A stretch of 64,000 nt of DNA from Bacilli bacterium (GCA_017410525.1 JAFQQQ010000005.1:81105-145104); one strand, 5' to 3'; positions 1-10,338 are shown, counted from the stretch's first letter. The notes: generated from the sequence alone by a model not told the origin. A program made the numbers and translations.

Positions 1-406
1 TTTTTTTAAAGAATGATTGAATTAAATTTTTACATTCTTTTTCACTTATTTGGGAAATAATTTCTACATTTTTTAATAGTTTTGTAGAACCATAATTTTC
101 ATTTTTAACCCCATATACTATTTTTTTTATTCTAGATTGTTCTATTGCACTACTACACATCATACATGGTTCCATTGTTACATATATTTCGCAATCATCT
201 AATCTCCAATTTTTTAATTTTTTACATGCTTTTGATATAGCAATTATTTCTGCATGTTTAGTAACATTTCTTGTTTTTTCTTTTTTATTATATGCTTTAG
301 AAATTACTTTATTATTTTTAACTATTACGGCCCCCACCGGAACTTCTTCATATTTATAAGCTTTTTTTGCTTCTTTTATAGCAATATTCATATAAAATTC
401 ATTCAT
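1..406 (-). CDS. tadA: tRNA-specific adenosine deaminase TadA (N-terminal ~135 codons; 3' end lies beyond window start)
   Basis: Reverse-complement translation gives MNEFYMNIAIKEAKKAYKYEEVPVGAVIVKNNKVI...HAEIIAI...MEPCMMC, matching the CDA-fold zinc motifs H-A-E and PCxxC. GGAGG RBS sits 7 nt upstream of the ATG at 406. Confidence 0.85.
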   Translation of the reverse strand, partial: MNEFYMNIAIKEAKKAYKYEEVPVGAVIVKNNKVISKAYNKKEKTRNVTKHAEIIAISKACKKLKNWRLDDCEIYVTMEPCMMCSSAIEQSRIKKIVYGVKNENYGSTKLLKNVEIISQISEKECKNLIQSFFKK

Positions 407-418
407 TTTAACCTCCAA

Positions 419-434
419 TGTTTCACGTGAAACA
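419..434. promoter_or_regulatory. parS: parS site 1 (exact TGTTTCACGTGAAACA), 13 bp upstream of the tadA start codon
   Basis: Exact 16-mer; matches the Bacillus/general bacterial ParB-binding consensus tGTTtCACGTGAAACa. Confidence 0.8.
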
Positions 435-515
435 TATATTTTTAAATATTTCCCAGGAAATTTTTATATTTATTTTTTTATAAATTAAATATAATAAATA
501 TATTTATATCATCAA

Positions 516-531
516 TGTTTCACGTGAAACA
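516..531. promoter_or_regulatory. parS: parS site 2 (exact), core of a perfect 26-bp palindrome at 511-536
   Basis: Exact 16-mer. Confidence 0.8.
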
Positions 532-635
532 TTGATGTGTTATTAAATTAATATATTGTAAATTTAAATAATTTATAATATTTTTATATTTTTATTTAAT
601 AATTTACTTATATTATATTATGTTATGTTTTGTTA

Positions 636-651
636 TGTTTCACGTGAAACA
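636..651. promoter_or_regulatory. parS: parS site 3 (exact)
   Basis: Exact 16-mer, preceded by a TGTTATGTTT direct duplication. Confidence 0.8.
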
Positions 652-679
652 TTCGTTATTTATAAAAATATATAAAAAA

Positions 680-752
680 GCACACACATTTAGGGATTCT
701 TAAGGCTGCTGTCTTCCAACTCTGACCTGATTCGAATATAAATGTTGTGCAC
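680..752 (-). ncRNA. ffs: Small (4.5S-type) signal recognition particle RNA
   Basis: The minus-strand sequence GUGCACAACAUUUAUAUUCGAAUCAGGUCAGAGUUGGAAGACAGCAGCCUUAAGAAUCCCUAAAUGUGUGUGC contains the conserved SRP domain IV motifs AUCAGGUCAG...GGAA tetraloop...AGCAGCC. The termini pair (GUGCACA-ACAUUUA / UAAAUGU-GUGUGC) and a U-run follows. The flanks are AT-rich and bounded by parS sites, so there is no room for an Alu domain. Confidence 0.7.
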
Positions 753-798
753 TAATAATATATTATAAATAAAAAAAAATATCAATACTTTATTTATA

Positions 799-814
799 TG
801 TTTCACGTGAAATA
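799..814. promoter_or_regulatory. parS: parS site 4 (TGTTTCACGTGAAATA, one mismatch)
   Basis: 15 of 16 match to the consensus. Confidence 0.65.
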
Positions 815-865
815 TATAAATTTTACATATTTTAAAACAGTTTATTTTTATTTAGTTTATATCAA

Positions 866-881
866 TGTTTCACGTGAAACA
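866..881. promoter_or_regulatory. parS: parS site 5 (exact)
   Basis: Exact 16-mer. Confidence 0.8.
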
Positions 882-923
882 TCAATTTTTATTAATTTTA
901 AAATATATATTATGTAAAAAGAA

Positions 924-939
924 TGTTTCACGTGAAACA
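924..939. promoter_or_regulatory. parS: parS site 6 (exact), core of a 22-bp palindrome at 921-942, 8 bp downstream of the gyrA stop
   Basis: Exact 16-mer. Confidence 0.8.
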
Positions 940-946
940 TTCTTTT

Positions 947-3487
947 TTATTCTGCTTTATTTTCTATAGTTTCTTCAGGTATTTGTTGAATTGGTTGTTC
1001 TTCAGACTCATCTTCTGTATGTTCAATAATAGTAATCGTACTTACTTTTTGATTGTCTTTTAAATTGATTAATTTAACTCCTTGTGCTACACGACCAGTA
1101 GAAGATACTTGAGAAAGTGGCAATCTAATAATTATTCCACTATCAGTAATAATCATTAAATCTTCTTCACCATTTACTATTTTAAATGAAACTATATTTC
1201 CATTCTTTTCAGTAACATTAAGTGCTTTGACACCTTTACTTCCTCTGTGTGTCATTCTATATTGATCAATATTTGTCTTTTTACCATAACCTTTTTCAGT
1301 AACAACTAATACATCATCTTTTTCAGAAGATATTTCCATGCCAACAGCTACACCATCACCAACATCAATTCCTCTAACACCTGATGCAGTTCTGCCCATT
1401 ATTCTTACTTCATTTTCGCTAAATCTAATTAATCTACCGTTTGAAGAAGCAATTAAGATTTCCGCATTACCTTCTGTTATCTTAGCTGAAATAAGTTCAT
1501 CTTCTTCTTTTAATGTGATAGCAATTTTACCATTTGTTCTAATATTTTCAAACTCTTTTATGTTTGTTCTCTTAATTATTCCTTTTTGTGTACAAAGTAC
1601 AACATAAGCGGGTTGATCGCTTGGAGTTGCCTTTAACATAACATTAACCTTTTCATCTTTTTCTAAAGGTAATAAATTAATTATTGGTAATCCTTTTGAT
1701 TGTCTATTAAATAAAGGAACTTCATAACCTTTCATTCTATAAACTTTACCTTTGTTAGTAAAGAACATAATATAATCATGTGTTGTCATAGAAAGTATAT
1801 TTTCTACAAAGTCTTCTTCGTTTGTAGTCATTCCTTTTATTCCAACACCTCCTCTATTTTGTGACTTATATGTATCACTTTCAACTCTTTTAATATATCC
1901 TTTGTTTGTTAAAGTAATAACCAAATCTTCAACAGGAATTAATGATTCATCGTCTATATAATCAATAGCTGTCATATCAATAGATGTTCTTCTTTCATCA
2001 TTGTATTTATCTTTAATTTCAAGCATTTCTTGTTTAATTATTTCTAATACTTTGTTTATATCTGCCAAAATTTCTTTATATTCAGCAATAAGTTTTAATA
2101 ATTCTGCTAATTCTGCTTCTATTTTTTCCCTTTCTAAACCAGTTAATCTTCTTAATTTTAATTCTAATATAGCATCTGTTTGTATTTCAGTTAAACCAAA
2201 TCTAGACATCAATTTTTCTTTTGCCTCTACATCACTATTAGCACCTTTAATTATTGCTATTACTTCATCTATATTATCTTGAGCAATTTTATAACCTTCT
2301 AAAATATGAACTCTATTTTCAGCTTTTTCCAAATCAAACTTAGTTCTTCTTATAATAACTTCTTTTTGATGTTCAATATATTTAGCAATTATATCTTTAA
2401 GTCCTAATGTTTTAGGTGTCATATCATCAATCATTAATAATATAATTCCATAATTTACTTGGAAATTAGTATGTTTATATAAATTATTTAAAACTACTTG
2501 AGGATTAGCATCTCTTTTTAAAGTAATAGTAATTTTAACTCCATCTTTTAAATCTGTATGATAATCAGCTATTCCTTCTATTACTTTGTTATGAACAAGT
2601 TCTGCAACTTTATTTTTTAATTCTAAAGTATTTACCCCATAAGGAACCTCAGTGATGACTATATTACTATGATTTCCTTCTTCTTCTATTACAGCTCTAC
2701 TTCTTATAGTAATAGATCCTCTACCTGTTTCATATGCTTTTCTAATACCTGAATTTCCTAATATTATACCACCAGTTGGAAAATCTGGCCCTTTTATATG
2801 TTCCATTAAACCTAAAGTATCTATTTCTGGATTATCTATATAAGCAATACATCCATCTATAACTTCACCTAAATTGTGAGGTGGGATATTTGTTGCCATA
2901 CCAACAGCAATCCCCATAGATCCATTAACAAGAACATTTGGAAATCTTGATGGTAAAACTACTGGTTCTTCAAATAATTCATCGAAGTTAGGTTTCATGT
3001 CAACAGTTTTTTTCTTTATATCTCTTAAAAGTTCTAATGATATTTTAGCAAGTCGTGCTTCAGTATAACGGTAAGCAGCTGCTCCATCTCCCTCAATGTT
3101 ACCAAAGTTACCATGGCCATCCACTAACATATATCTTTGGTTAAAATCTTGTGCTAAACGAACCATAGCATCATAAATACTTGAATCTCCATGTGGATGG
3201 TAATGTCCCATAACATAACCAACTGTAGTAGCTGATTTTTTATGTGGTTTGTCAGGAGTATTACCTTCTTCTAACATTGACCATAAGATCCTTCTATGTA
3301 CAGGTTTTAAACCATCCCTTAAATCAGGAATAGCACGAGATGTAATAACACTCATTGAATAATCAAGAAATGAGTTTTTAACTTCGTTTACTATGTTATT
3401 TTCTGCTACTGTATCTCTTTCGTGGAACGTTCCACCAAATTCTTCTTTTTTTTCTATTTCTTCTGTTACTTTTTCTTCATTTTCCAT
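947..3487 (-). CDS. gyrA: DNA gyrase subunit A
   Basis: 846-aa ORF with the GyrA N-terminal catalytic region (…AAMRYTEARL…, active-site Tyr context) and C-terminal beta-pinwheel repeats. Lies directly downstream of gyrB. Confidence 0.95.
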   Translation of the reverse strand: MENEEKVTEEIEKKEEFGGTFHERDTVAENNIVNEVKNSFLDYSMSVITSRAIPDLRDGLKPVHRRILWSMLEEGNTPDKPHKKSATTVGYVMGHYHPHGDSSIYDAMVRLAQDFNQRYMLVDGHGNFGNIEGDGAAAYRYTEARLAKISLELLRDIKKKTVDMKPNFDELFEEPVVLPSRFPNVLVNGSMGIAVGMATNIPPHNLGEVIDGCIAYIDNPEIDTLGLMEHIKGPDFPTGGIILGNSGIRKAYETGRGSITIRSRAVIEEEGNHSNIVITEVPYGVNTLELKNKVAELVHNKVIEGIADYHTDLKDGVKITITLKRDANPQVVLNNLYKHTNFQVNYGIILLMIDDMTPKTLGLKDIIAKYIEHQKEVIIRRTKFDLEKAENRVHILEGYKIAQDNIDEVIAIIKGANSDVEAKEKLMSRFGLTEIQTDAILELKLRRLTGLEREKIEAELAELLKLIAEYKEILADINKVLEIIKQEMLEIKDKYNDERRTSIDMTAIDYIDDESLIPVEDLVITLTNKGYIKRVESDTYKSQNRGGVGIKGMTTNEEDFVENILSMTTHDYIMFFTNKGKVYRMKGYEVPLFNRQSKGLPIINLLPLEKDEKVNVMLKATPSDQPAYVVLCTQKGIIKRTNIKEFENIRTNGKIAITLKEEDELISAKITEGNAEILIASSNGRLIRFSENEVRIMGRTASGVRGIDVGDGVAVGMEISSEKDDVLVVTEKGYGKKTNIDQYRMTHRGSKGVKALNVTEKNGNIVSFKIVNGEEDLMIITDSGIIIRLPLSQVSSTGRVAQGVKLINLKDNQKVSTITIIEHTEDESEEQPIQQIPEETIENKAE

Positions 3488-3499
3488 GTATTACACCTC

Positions 3500-5425
3500 C
3501 TAAATATCTAAGTTTTCTACAAATTTAGCATTTTCTTCTATAAATGCACGTCTAGGTTCTACTTCATCACCCATTAATCTTTCAAATATAGAATCTGCTG
3601 CCATACAATCATCTACTGTTATTTTTCTAAGTATTCTTTTTTCAATATCCATAGTAGTTTCATTAAGTTCAGAAGCATCCATTTCTCCTAAACCTTTCAT
3701 ACGAGCTATTTCTACTCTACCTCTTACATTATCTGGAAGTGTTGCTAAATATGCTTCTTTTTCTGCTTCATCTAACACATATTTTCTGGTTTTACCATGA
3801 GTAATTCTAAATAATGGTGGTTGAGCTGCATAAACATGTCCTGCCTCTACTATAGGTTTAAAGAATCTATAGAATAAAGTTAATAATAATACGCGAATGT
3901 GTGATCCATCGACATCAGCATCAGTCATGATTATTATTTTGTCATATCTTAATTTTTCTAAATTAAAATCTTCACCAATACCTGTTCCAAAAGCAGTTAT
4001 AATAGTTCTTATTTCTTCATTACCTAAAGCTCTATCAAGTCTTGCTTTTTCTACATTCAAAATCTTACCTCTAAGCGGTAAAATTGCTTGTGTCATAGCA
4101 TCTCTACCTTTTTTAGCACTTCCACCAGCAGAATCCCCTTCGACTATAAATATTTCAGATACTTTTGGATCTTTACTTTTACAATCAGAAAGTTTTCCAA
4201 AAAAATTAGTCATTGCTAAATCACTTTTTCTTGTAATCTCTCTTGCTTTTTTAGCAGCATTTCTAGCACGACATGCTAACATTGCTTTTTCTATAATAAC
4301 TCTTGCTTCATCTGGATTTTCAAATAAAAATTTTTCAAATCCTTCACTAAATACATTATCTGCAAGTTTTCTAACTTCACTATTTCCAAGTCTACCTTTT
4401 GTTTGACCTTCAAATTGTGGATTAGGATGTTTACAAGAAATAATCATTGTTAATCCTTCTTTAACATCATCACCTGTTAAATTTTCATCTTTATCTTTTA
4501 TAATATTAAATTTTCTAGCATAATTATTTATAACACGTGTTAAAGCTCTTTTAACACCTTCTTCATGAGTACCACCATCATGAGTATTAATATTATTAAC
4601 AAAAGAATAAATATTATCGTTATATCCATTTGTATATTGAAGAGCAACTTCAAACACTACATTATCTTCTGTTCCTTCTAAATGAATAATATTTTCATGA
4701 ATAGATGTTTTTTCTTGATTTATAAATTTAACATATTCACTAATACCACCTTCATAAACAAAAGTTTCACCTGTTGTATCTTCTTCATCTCTATCATCTC
4801 TTAAAGTTATTCTTAAACCTTTATTTAAGAAAGCAAGTTCTCTAATTCTTACTTTTAATGTATTATAATCATAAATATCAGTATCAAATATTTTAGGATC
4901 TGGTTTAAATGTTACCCATGTTCCAGTTCTATCAGGTTCGCATTCTCCTATTACTTTTAATGGTTCCGTAGTTTTACCACCATTTTCAAATTTAATATAG
5001 TGTATTTTTCCGTTTTTATAAACTGTTACTTCTACCCAACTAGATAAGGCATTAACTACTGAAGCACCTACGCCATGAAGACCTCCAGATACTTTGTATC
5101 CTCCTCCACCAAATTTTCCTCCAGCATGAAGAACAGTATAAACTGTCTCTACAGTACTCTTTTTAGTTTTTGGGTGTATATCCACTGGAATACCACGACC
5201 ATCATCTTTTACTGTTATTGAATTACCTTTATTTATAATAACTTCAATATCATCACAATATCCTGCTAAAGATTCATCTATAGCATTATCCACGATTTCC
5301 CAAACTAAATGGTGTAACCCTTTAACATCTGTTGTACCAATGTACATACCAGGTCTTTTTCTAACTGCTTCTAATCCTTCTAATACTTGAATATCCGATG
5401 CATCATAATGTGTCTCATTACTCAT
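3500..5425 (-). CDS. gyrB: DNA gyrase subunit B
   Basis: 641-aa ORF with the GHKL ATPase N-terminus (…[15 protein letters not shown]…), TOPRIM motifs (EGDSAGG) and C-terminal …EENAKFV. Overlaps recF by 8 bp. Confidence 0.95.
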   Translation of the reverse strand: MSNETHYDASDIQVLEGLEAVRKRPGMYIGTTDVKGLHHLVWEIVDNAIDESLAGYCDDIEVIINKGNSITVKDDGRGIPVDIHPKTKKSTVETVYTVLHAGGKFGGGGYKVSGGLHGVGASVVNALSSWVEVTVYKNGKIHYIKFENGGKTTEPLKVIGECEPDRTGTWVTFKPDPKIFDTDIYDYNTLKVRIRELAFLNKGLRITLRDDRDEEDTTGETFVYEGGISEYVKFINQEKTSIHENIIHLEGTEDNVVFEVALQYTNGYNDNIYSFVNNINTHDGGTHEEGVKRALTRVINNYARKFNIIKDKDENLTGDDVKEGLTMIISCKHPNPQFEGQTKGRLGNSEVRKLADNVFSEGFEKFLFENPDEARVIIEKAMLACRARNAAKKAREITRKSDLAMTNFFGKLSDCKSKDPKVSEIFIVEGDSAGGSAKKGRDAMTQAILPLRGKILNVEKARLDRALGNEEIRTIITAFGTGIGEDFNLEKLRYDKIIIMTDADVDGSHIRVLLLTLFYRFFKPIVEAGHVYAAQPPLFRITHGKTRKYVLDEAEKEAYLATLPDNVRGRVEIARMKGLGEMDASELNETTMDIEKRILRKITVDDCMAADSIFERLMGDEVEPRRAFIEENAKFVENLDI

Positions 5426-6545
5426 CTAACTTCACCTCTTTGATCTTTATTATGTTGCCATTATTTATATTAAATAACTTAGATTTCTTAATTAATTTAG
5501 GATCTAAATTATTCAAATCAGTTGTTGTAATAATTGTTTGTATATTTTTACTTATATACTTTAACAAATTATTTTTCTTTTTATCATCTAACTCACTAAA
5601 TATATCATCTAATAATAATATTGGAGTTGATTCTTTATATTTCTTAAATATTTCTATTTCAGCTAATTTTAATGCTAAAACTGCTACTCTTTGTTGTCCT
5701 TGTGAACCATAATATTTTAAGTTTTTATCGCCTAAATAAAACTCAATATCATCTTTATGTGGTCCAATACTAGTTGAACAAAGTTTTATATCATAATCTA
5801 ATTTTTTATCATATTCTTTTTTTAAATATTCTTTTAAATTAGAATCTTTTAAATTTATTTCAATACTCGGTTTATATTTAATACTAAAATCATCTAAATC
5901 CATAATATCTTTATAAATATCTTTACAATATTCATTTACTTTTTTTATAAACTTATCTCTCATTTTATATATCATTATAGATTTATCTATCAAATAACCA
6001 GTTAATATTTCTATATAATTTTTATCAACAGATACTTTTTTATTTATCTTTTTTAAATATTCATTTCTTAATTTTAAAATTTTATTATACTCATTTATAA
6101 GTACAAAATAATTACTATATAACTGAGATAATTCTAAATTAATATATTTTCTTCTATTTATTGGAGATCCTTTAATTAATTCTAAATCATCTGGATAAAA
6201 AATAATTATATTCATTAAAGAAATATAATCACTTATCTTTTTTATAGTATTATTATTAAATTTTAATATTTTAGTTTTATTATCTATATAAATATTAAAT
6301 TTATTATCTATCTTCTCATTATTAACAATACCTTCTATAGTTAAATAATCACCAGTATTATTTATAAGATTATTATCTATAAAACTTCGATGTGATTTTG
6401 TAAGGCCTAAAACATATATACTTTCAAGTAAATTTGTTTTTCCTTGAGCATTTTCTCCATAAATTATATTTATTCCTTTTGTAAGAGTAACATTTAAACT
6501 TTTATAATTTCTAAAATCGTGTAATTTTAACTTTTTTATATACAT
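5418..6545 (-). CDS. recF: DNA replication/repair protein RecF
   Basis: 375 aa with the N-terminal Walker A motif [14 protein letters not shown] and an SMC-like C-terminal signature. Canonical position between dnaN and gyrB. Confidence 0.9.
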   Translation of the reverse strand: MYIKKLKLHDFRNYKSLNVTLTKGINIIYGENAQGKTNLLESIYVLGLTKSHRSFIDNNLINNTGDYLTIEGIVNNEKIDNKFNIYIDNKTKILKFNNNTIKKISDYISLMNIIIFYPDDLELIKGSPINRRKYINLELSQLYSNYFVLINEYNKILKLRNEYLKKINKKVSVDKNYIEILTGYLIDKSIMIYKMRDKFIKKVNEYCKDIYKDIMDLDDFSIKYKPSIEINLKDSNLKEYLKKEYDKKLDYDIKLCSTSIGPHKDDIEFYLGDKNLKYYGSQGQQRVAVLALKLAEIEIFKKYKESTPILLLDDIFSELDDKKKNNLLKYISKNIQTIITTTDLNNLDPKLIKKSKLFNINNGNIIKIKEVKLDE

Positions 6546-6654
6546 AATTTCACTTTTTTCATTCTAATCCCCCTATTTTTGATTTTAGTAAGTTTAAGTA
6601 CTCCTATACATCTATATACATTATACCACAATTTTACCTATAAAAAAAGAAAAA

Positions 6655-7113
6655 TTAGTTTTTTTCTTCTAATTTTCTTTCATATAATTTAGATTTTAAC
6701 ATAGTAGCTCGTACAATTTGATTTTCTAATGAATTAATTGAAATATCTAAATCTAATCTATCTTGATTTTTAAATAAAATTTCGCTATTTTGATGCGCTT
6801 TTTTTGATATTTCTTTAATTTTATTTAAAGCAATCCAAGTACTTTGTTTAGTTCTTGTTGAAGAAGTTGGAAAAAATATAATATTTCTACTTTCTTCTAT
6901 TATTATAGGAAACTTAGTTTTTATTCCGGTTAATGTTTTAGTTCCTATACATCTACCTTCATATGAACTTCCATAAAACTCACAATTATCTTTAATAATA
7001 CTATTTGCAGACTTTTGTACAATATATTCATATTCTTCTTCATAAACTTTAGATACTTCATCACCCAAAGGTACTATAGCTAGAGTTGCTGAACTTATTT
7101 CATAATTTTCCAT
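6655..7113 (-). CDS. comK: ComK-family competence transcription factor homolog
   Basis: 152 aa. The stretch EFYGSSYEGRCIGTKTLTGIKTKFPIIIEESRNIIFFPTSSTRTKQSTWIALNKIKEI aligns to B. subtilis ComK RFFGSSYAGRKAGTYEVTKISHKPPIMVDPSNQIFLFPTLSSTRPQCGWISHVHVKEF. The C-terminal ISINSLENQIVRATMLKSKL aligns to ISYNSFENQVYRTAWLRTKF. Confidence 0.75.
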   Translation of the reverse strand: MENYEISSATLAIVPLGDEVSKVYEEEYEYIVQKSANSIIKDNCEFYGSSYEGRCIGTKTLTGIKTKFPIIIEESRNIIFFPTSSTRTKQSTWIALNKIKEISKKAHQNSEILFKNQDRLDLDISINSLENQIVRATMLKSKLYERKLEEKN

Positions 7114-7199
7114 ACTATCCCCCTTTCTTGCTATCTCTTATACACCTTTATTTTGTCGAAATTGATAGAACTATGTCGATAACTAAAAAAATGTACAAA

Positions 7200-7235
7200 A
7201 AAACTACAAATTGTTGATTTTTGTAGTTTTATACG
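7200..7235 (-). terminator. Rho-independent terminator after dnaN
   Basis: Inverted repeat AAACTACAAA / TTTGTAGTTT with a T-run on the minus strand, immediately downstream of the dnaN stop. Confidence 0.5.
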
Positions 7236-7247
7236 CATATTTTTTAA

Positions 7248-8369
7248 TTAATATGTTCTAATTGGTAATATTAATTGCGTTAAATCATCATTATCCACAT
7301 AGTTAATTATAATTGGTTTAATTTCTCCATTAAATGATAATTCAATTTCCTCACTATCAAAAGTTTTAATTGCATCCATCATATATTTTGAACTAAATGA
7401 TATTTTTATATCACTTTCTACATTCTTTTCTATTTTAATTTTTTCTTCTACATTACCTATTTCTGGAATATTTGATGAAATAATCATTATATCTTTTTTA
7501 GTTTCTAATTTAATAATATTTTTTTCTTCTGCATTTGTTAATAGAGATGCTCTATCTATTGCATTAAAGAAATTATCTAAGTTTAATTTTATTTTTAATT
7601 CAAAATTTTCTGGAATTAATTTATTTGTATCTGGATAATTACCATTTATTAATCTAGTCATAACTATTAAATTACCTATTTTAAATATAACTTTATTTGA
7701 GAAAATGTGTAACTCTATTTTTTCTTCATCATCACTCATTAATTTAATTATTTCGTTTAAATTTCTACTTGGAATAATAATATCAATATTATCATCAACT
7801 TTATTATCTAACATAATTCTTTTTTTAGATAATCTGTATGAATCAGTAGCAGTTACTTCCATAATATTTTCATTAATTTTAAAGTTAATACCTGTTAATA
7901 CTGGTCTACTTTCTTGCGTAGACGTAGCAAATATAGTTTGATTAATAGTAGTTTTAAAAACTCTTTTATCAATAAGTACAGGTGTTCCTGTAAATTCTAA
8001 ATCTATACTTGGAAATTCATTAACTTCATTACAATTTAATTTAAATGAAGATGATTCTGTAGTTATTAATACTTGTGAATCAATTATTTCTTCAATGTTT
8101 ATAATTTCATTATTTAATTTTCTTACTATATCATATATATATCTACCTGATATTAATAATTCTCCTTGAACATCTATATTATCAATTTCATTTGCAGGTA
8201 TAAAAGACTTTATAGCAAGCTCATTGTCTGTGCTTAATAAATATAAACCTTCGTTAGTCAATTCAAATTTAATACAGTTTAAAATAGGAATTAAATTTTT
8301 ACTTGATATTCCTCTTATTACGTAGTTTAAGTGCTCCATTAATACTTTTTGTTTAATTGATAATTTCAT
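7248..8369 (-). CDS. dnaN: DNA polymerase III beta sliding clamp
   Basis: 373 aa with the three-domain clamp architecture (MKLSIKQKVLMEHLNYVIRGIS…) and a conserved C-terminus. Directly downstream of dnaA. Confidence 0.95.
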   Translation of the reverse strand: MKLSIKQKVLMEHLNYVIRGISSKNLIPILNCIKFELTNEGLYLLSTDNELAIKSFIPANEIDNIDVQGELLISGRYIYDIVRKLNNEIINIEEIIDSQVLITTESSSFKLNCNEVNEFPSIDLEFTGTPVLIDKRVFKTTINQTIFATSTQESRPVLTGINFKINENIMEVTATDSYRLSKKRIMLDNKVDDNIDIIIPSRNLNEIIKLMSDDEEKIELHIFSNKVIFKIGNLIVMTRLINGNYPDTNKLIPENFELKIKLNLDNFFNAIDRASLLTNAEEKNIIKLETKKDIMIISSNIPEIGNVEEKIKIEKNVESDIKISFSSKYMMDAIKTFDSEEIELSFNGEIKPIIINYVDNDDLTQLILPIRTY

Positions 8370-8419
8370 ATTTTACCTTCTTTCTTAATAAATATTATTA
8401 TTTTTATTAGTGTTCATAA

Positions 8420-8428
8420 TGTGCATAA
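8420..8428. promoter_or_regulatory. DnaA box (TGTGCATAA = TTATGCACA) in the dnaA-dnaN spacer
   Basis: Exact match to the TTATNCACA consensus. Confidence 0.6.
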
Positions 8429-8501
8429 CCCTATTTTATCCTTTATTTTTAATACTTTTTCTAATGTTTATAAAAAGTTTATATTTTTAATTAATTAACA
8501 T

Positions 8502-9857
8502 TTATCTAATTTCATTTAACATTTTTTGTATTTCTCCATTTAAATAATCATCTTTAATTATTTCTTTTTTAATTTTATCAACTGCGTGCATAACTGTTGT
8601 ATGATTTTTACCACCAAATTGAATACCTATTTTAGTTAGATTCTCATCAAGATATACACGACATATATACATAGCTATCATTCTAGGAATTGCTATATCA
8701 TTACTTCTTTTTTTACTTAACAATTCTTCGTTAGTTAAATTATAATGATCACAAACTATTTGAACTACTTGATCCATTTTATTTTTAGATACAATAGTTT
8801 TAACAAAATAATCTCTTAATGCTTCTATAGTTAAATCCATTGTAATATCTGAACCATTCATCATAGTTGCATATGCAAATACTCTTGTAATTGCTCCTTC
8901 AAGTTTTCTAACATCCCCTACACAATTACTAGCTATATATTCTTTGACATCTTCAGGAACTACTCCAGAAAGTTCATTATTTTCTATTTTCTTATTTAAT
9001 ATAGACATTCTAAGTTTAAAATCTGGAGGTAATATATTAACTTGAAGTCCCCAGTTAAATCTTGTTTTTAATCTCTCTTCTAACTTTTTTATATCGTCAG
9101 GTGATCTATCTGATGATATTATTATTTGTTTTTCATTATTATATAGTTCATTAAATGTGTTGAAAAATTCTTGTTGGGCACTTGTAGCCCCTACCAAATT
9201 GTGTATATCATCAATTATTAATACATCTATATCTCTATATTTATTTTTAAATTGTTTAATAGCATCCATATTATTAGAACCTGCATTTTTTCTACAAATA
9301 TCAACAAAATCAGATACAAAATTATCACAAGTTATATATAAAACTTTTTTATTACTATTTTTTATTATATAGTTACCAATTGAGTGCATTAAATGCGTTT
9401 TACCTAACCCACTCGATCCATATATAAATAAAGGATTATACATTTTTCCAGGTTGTTCTGCAACAGCTAAAGCACTCGTTGCAGCAAATTTATTGCTAGG
9501 TCCTACCATAAAATTTTCAAATGAATATTTAGGATCTAGATTAGATTCATATAAATCATTGTTATTAGGAACACCTATTATTTGATTATCTTCAGTTAAA
9601 TTATTTTCTACTTCTTCTTCTATAACATAATTAAATTTAAAGTTACTACCACTAATTTCAGTAAAAACTTCTTCAATTATATCACTGTAATTTTCACTTA
9701 AATTTTTTTTATGTATATGATAAGGAACTAATACAGTAGCTGTTTTATTATTTAAACTAATAAGTTTAGTCTCTGAAAACCAAGTTTCAAAAGCAATATC
9801 TGATATTTGAACTTTAATTTTCTCTAAAAATGAATTCCAAATATTATTTAAATCCAT
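8502..9857 (-). CDS. dnaA: Chromosomal replication initiator DnaA
   Basis: 451 aa with an AAA+ domain (Walker A GSSGLGKTHL) and the C-terminal DNA-binding domain IV (…KNHTTVMHA…). Confidence 0.95.
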   Translation of the reverse strand: MDLNNIWNSFLEKIKVQISDIAFETWFSETKLISLNNKTATVLVPYHIHKKNLSENYSDIIEEVFTEISGSNFKFNYVIEEEVENNLTEDNQIIGVPNNNDLYESNLDPKYSFENFMVGPSNKFAATSALAVAEQPGKMYNPLFIYGSSGLGKTHLMHSIGNYIIKNSNKKVLYITCDNFVSDFVDICRKNAGSNNMDAIKQFKNKYRDIDVLIIDDIHNLVGATSAQQEFFNTFNELYNNEKQIIISSDRSPDDIKKLEERLKTRFNWGLQVNILPPDFKLRMSILNKKIENNELSGVVPEDVKEYIASNCVGDVRKLEGAITRVFAYATMMNGSDITMDLTIEALRDYFVKTIVSKNKMDQVVQIVCDHYNLTNEELLSKKRSNDIAIPRMIAMYICRVYLDENLTKIGIQFGGKNHTTVMHAVDKIKKEIIKDDYLNGEIQKMLNEIR

Positions 9858-10338
9858 ACCGCTTAACCTCCTTAAAACTTATACACCTATATTTTACAAT
9901 ATTTTTTTACTAAAAACAACAAAAATGTGTGCATAAATCAAATAAAACAATATTTTTTTAGTTATGAACATACAATAAGAATATATTTTTTTTATAAACA
10001 TCCTCTTTTTTACTTATAAACACACTTTTTGAACATTTTTATTTCTTTGAAAATAATAAAAATTGATAGTTATTAACATTTTTGTTAATAACTTTACAAA
10101 CATAAACATGTGAACATTTTATATTAAATGTTTATAAGTGTATTATTTTGTTGATAATTTTTATACATATTTAAATTATTAACAAAAATGTGTATAACTT
10201 ATAATTGTTTTTTTTAAAATATTAATAATAATTAAATATATATTATAATTATTTAAAAGATAATAATATTTAATAATATAATAATATAATAATAAACAAT
10301 AAATATTTTAATAAAAGAGAAAAAGAGTTTAAAAATAA
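9858..10338. other. oriC: oriC region: DnaA boxes plus AT-rich DNA unwinding element between dnaA and rpmH
   Basis: Exact DnaA boxes at 9928-9936 (TGTGCATAA) and 10189-10197 (TGTGTATAA). 1-mismatch boxes at 9992-10000, 10014-10022 and 10161-10169. An extremely AT-rich tract at 10200-10330 carries reiterated TAATAATA motifs. Confidence 0.75.

Larger units (their letters stand above)
418..942. repeat. Cluster of six parS-type 16-bp palindromes (TGTTTCACGTGAAACA) occupying the whole tadA-gyrA intergenic region
   Basis: Five exact and one 1-mismatch copies of the 16-bp palindrome at 419-434, 516-531, 636-651, 799-814, 866-881 and 924-939. Several are embedded in longer palindromes (e.g. 511-536 ATCAATGTTTCACGTGAAACATTGAT). 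Confidence 0.85.

Noticed and set aside
418-942. Interpretation of the TGTTTCACGTGAAACA palindromes as rho-independent terminators or as transposon inverted repeats
   Set aside because: They are perfect palindromes with no loop and no downstream T-run. They are identical to the parS consensus and not paired around any transposase ORF.
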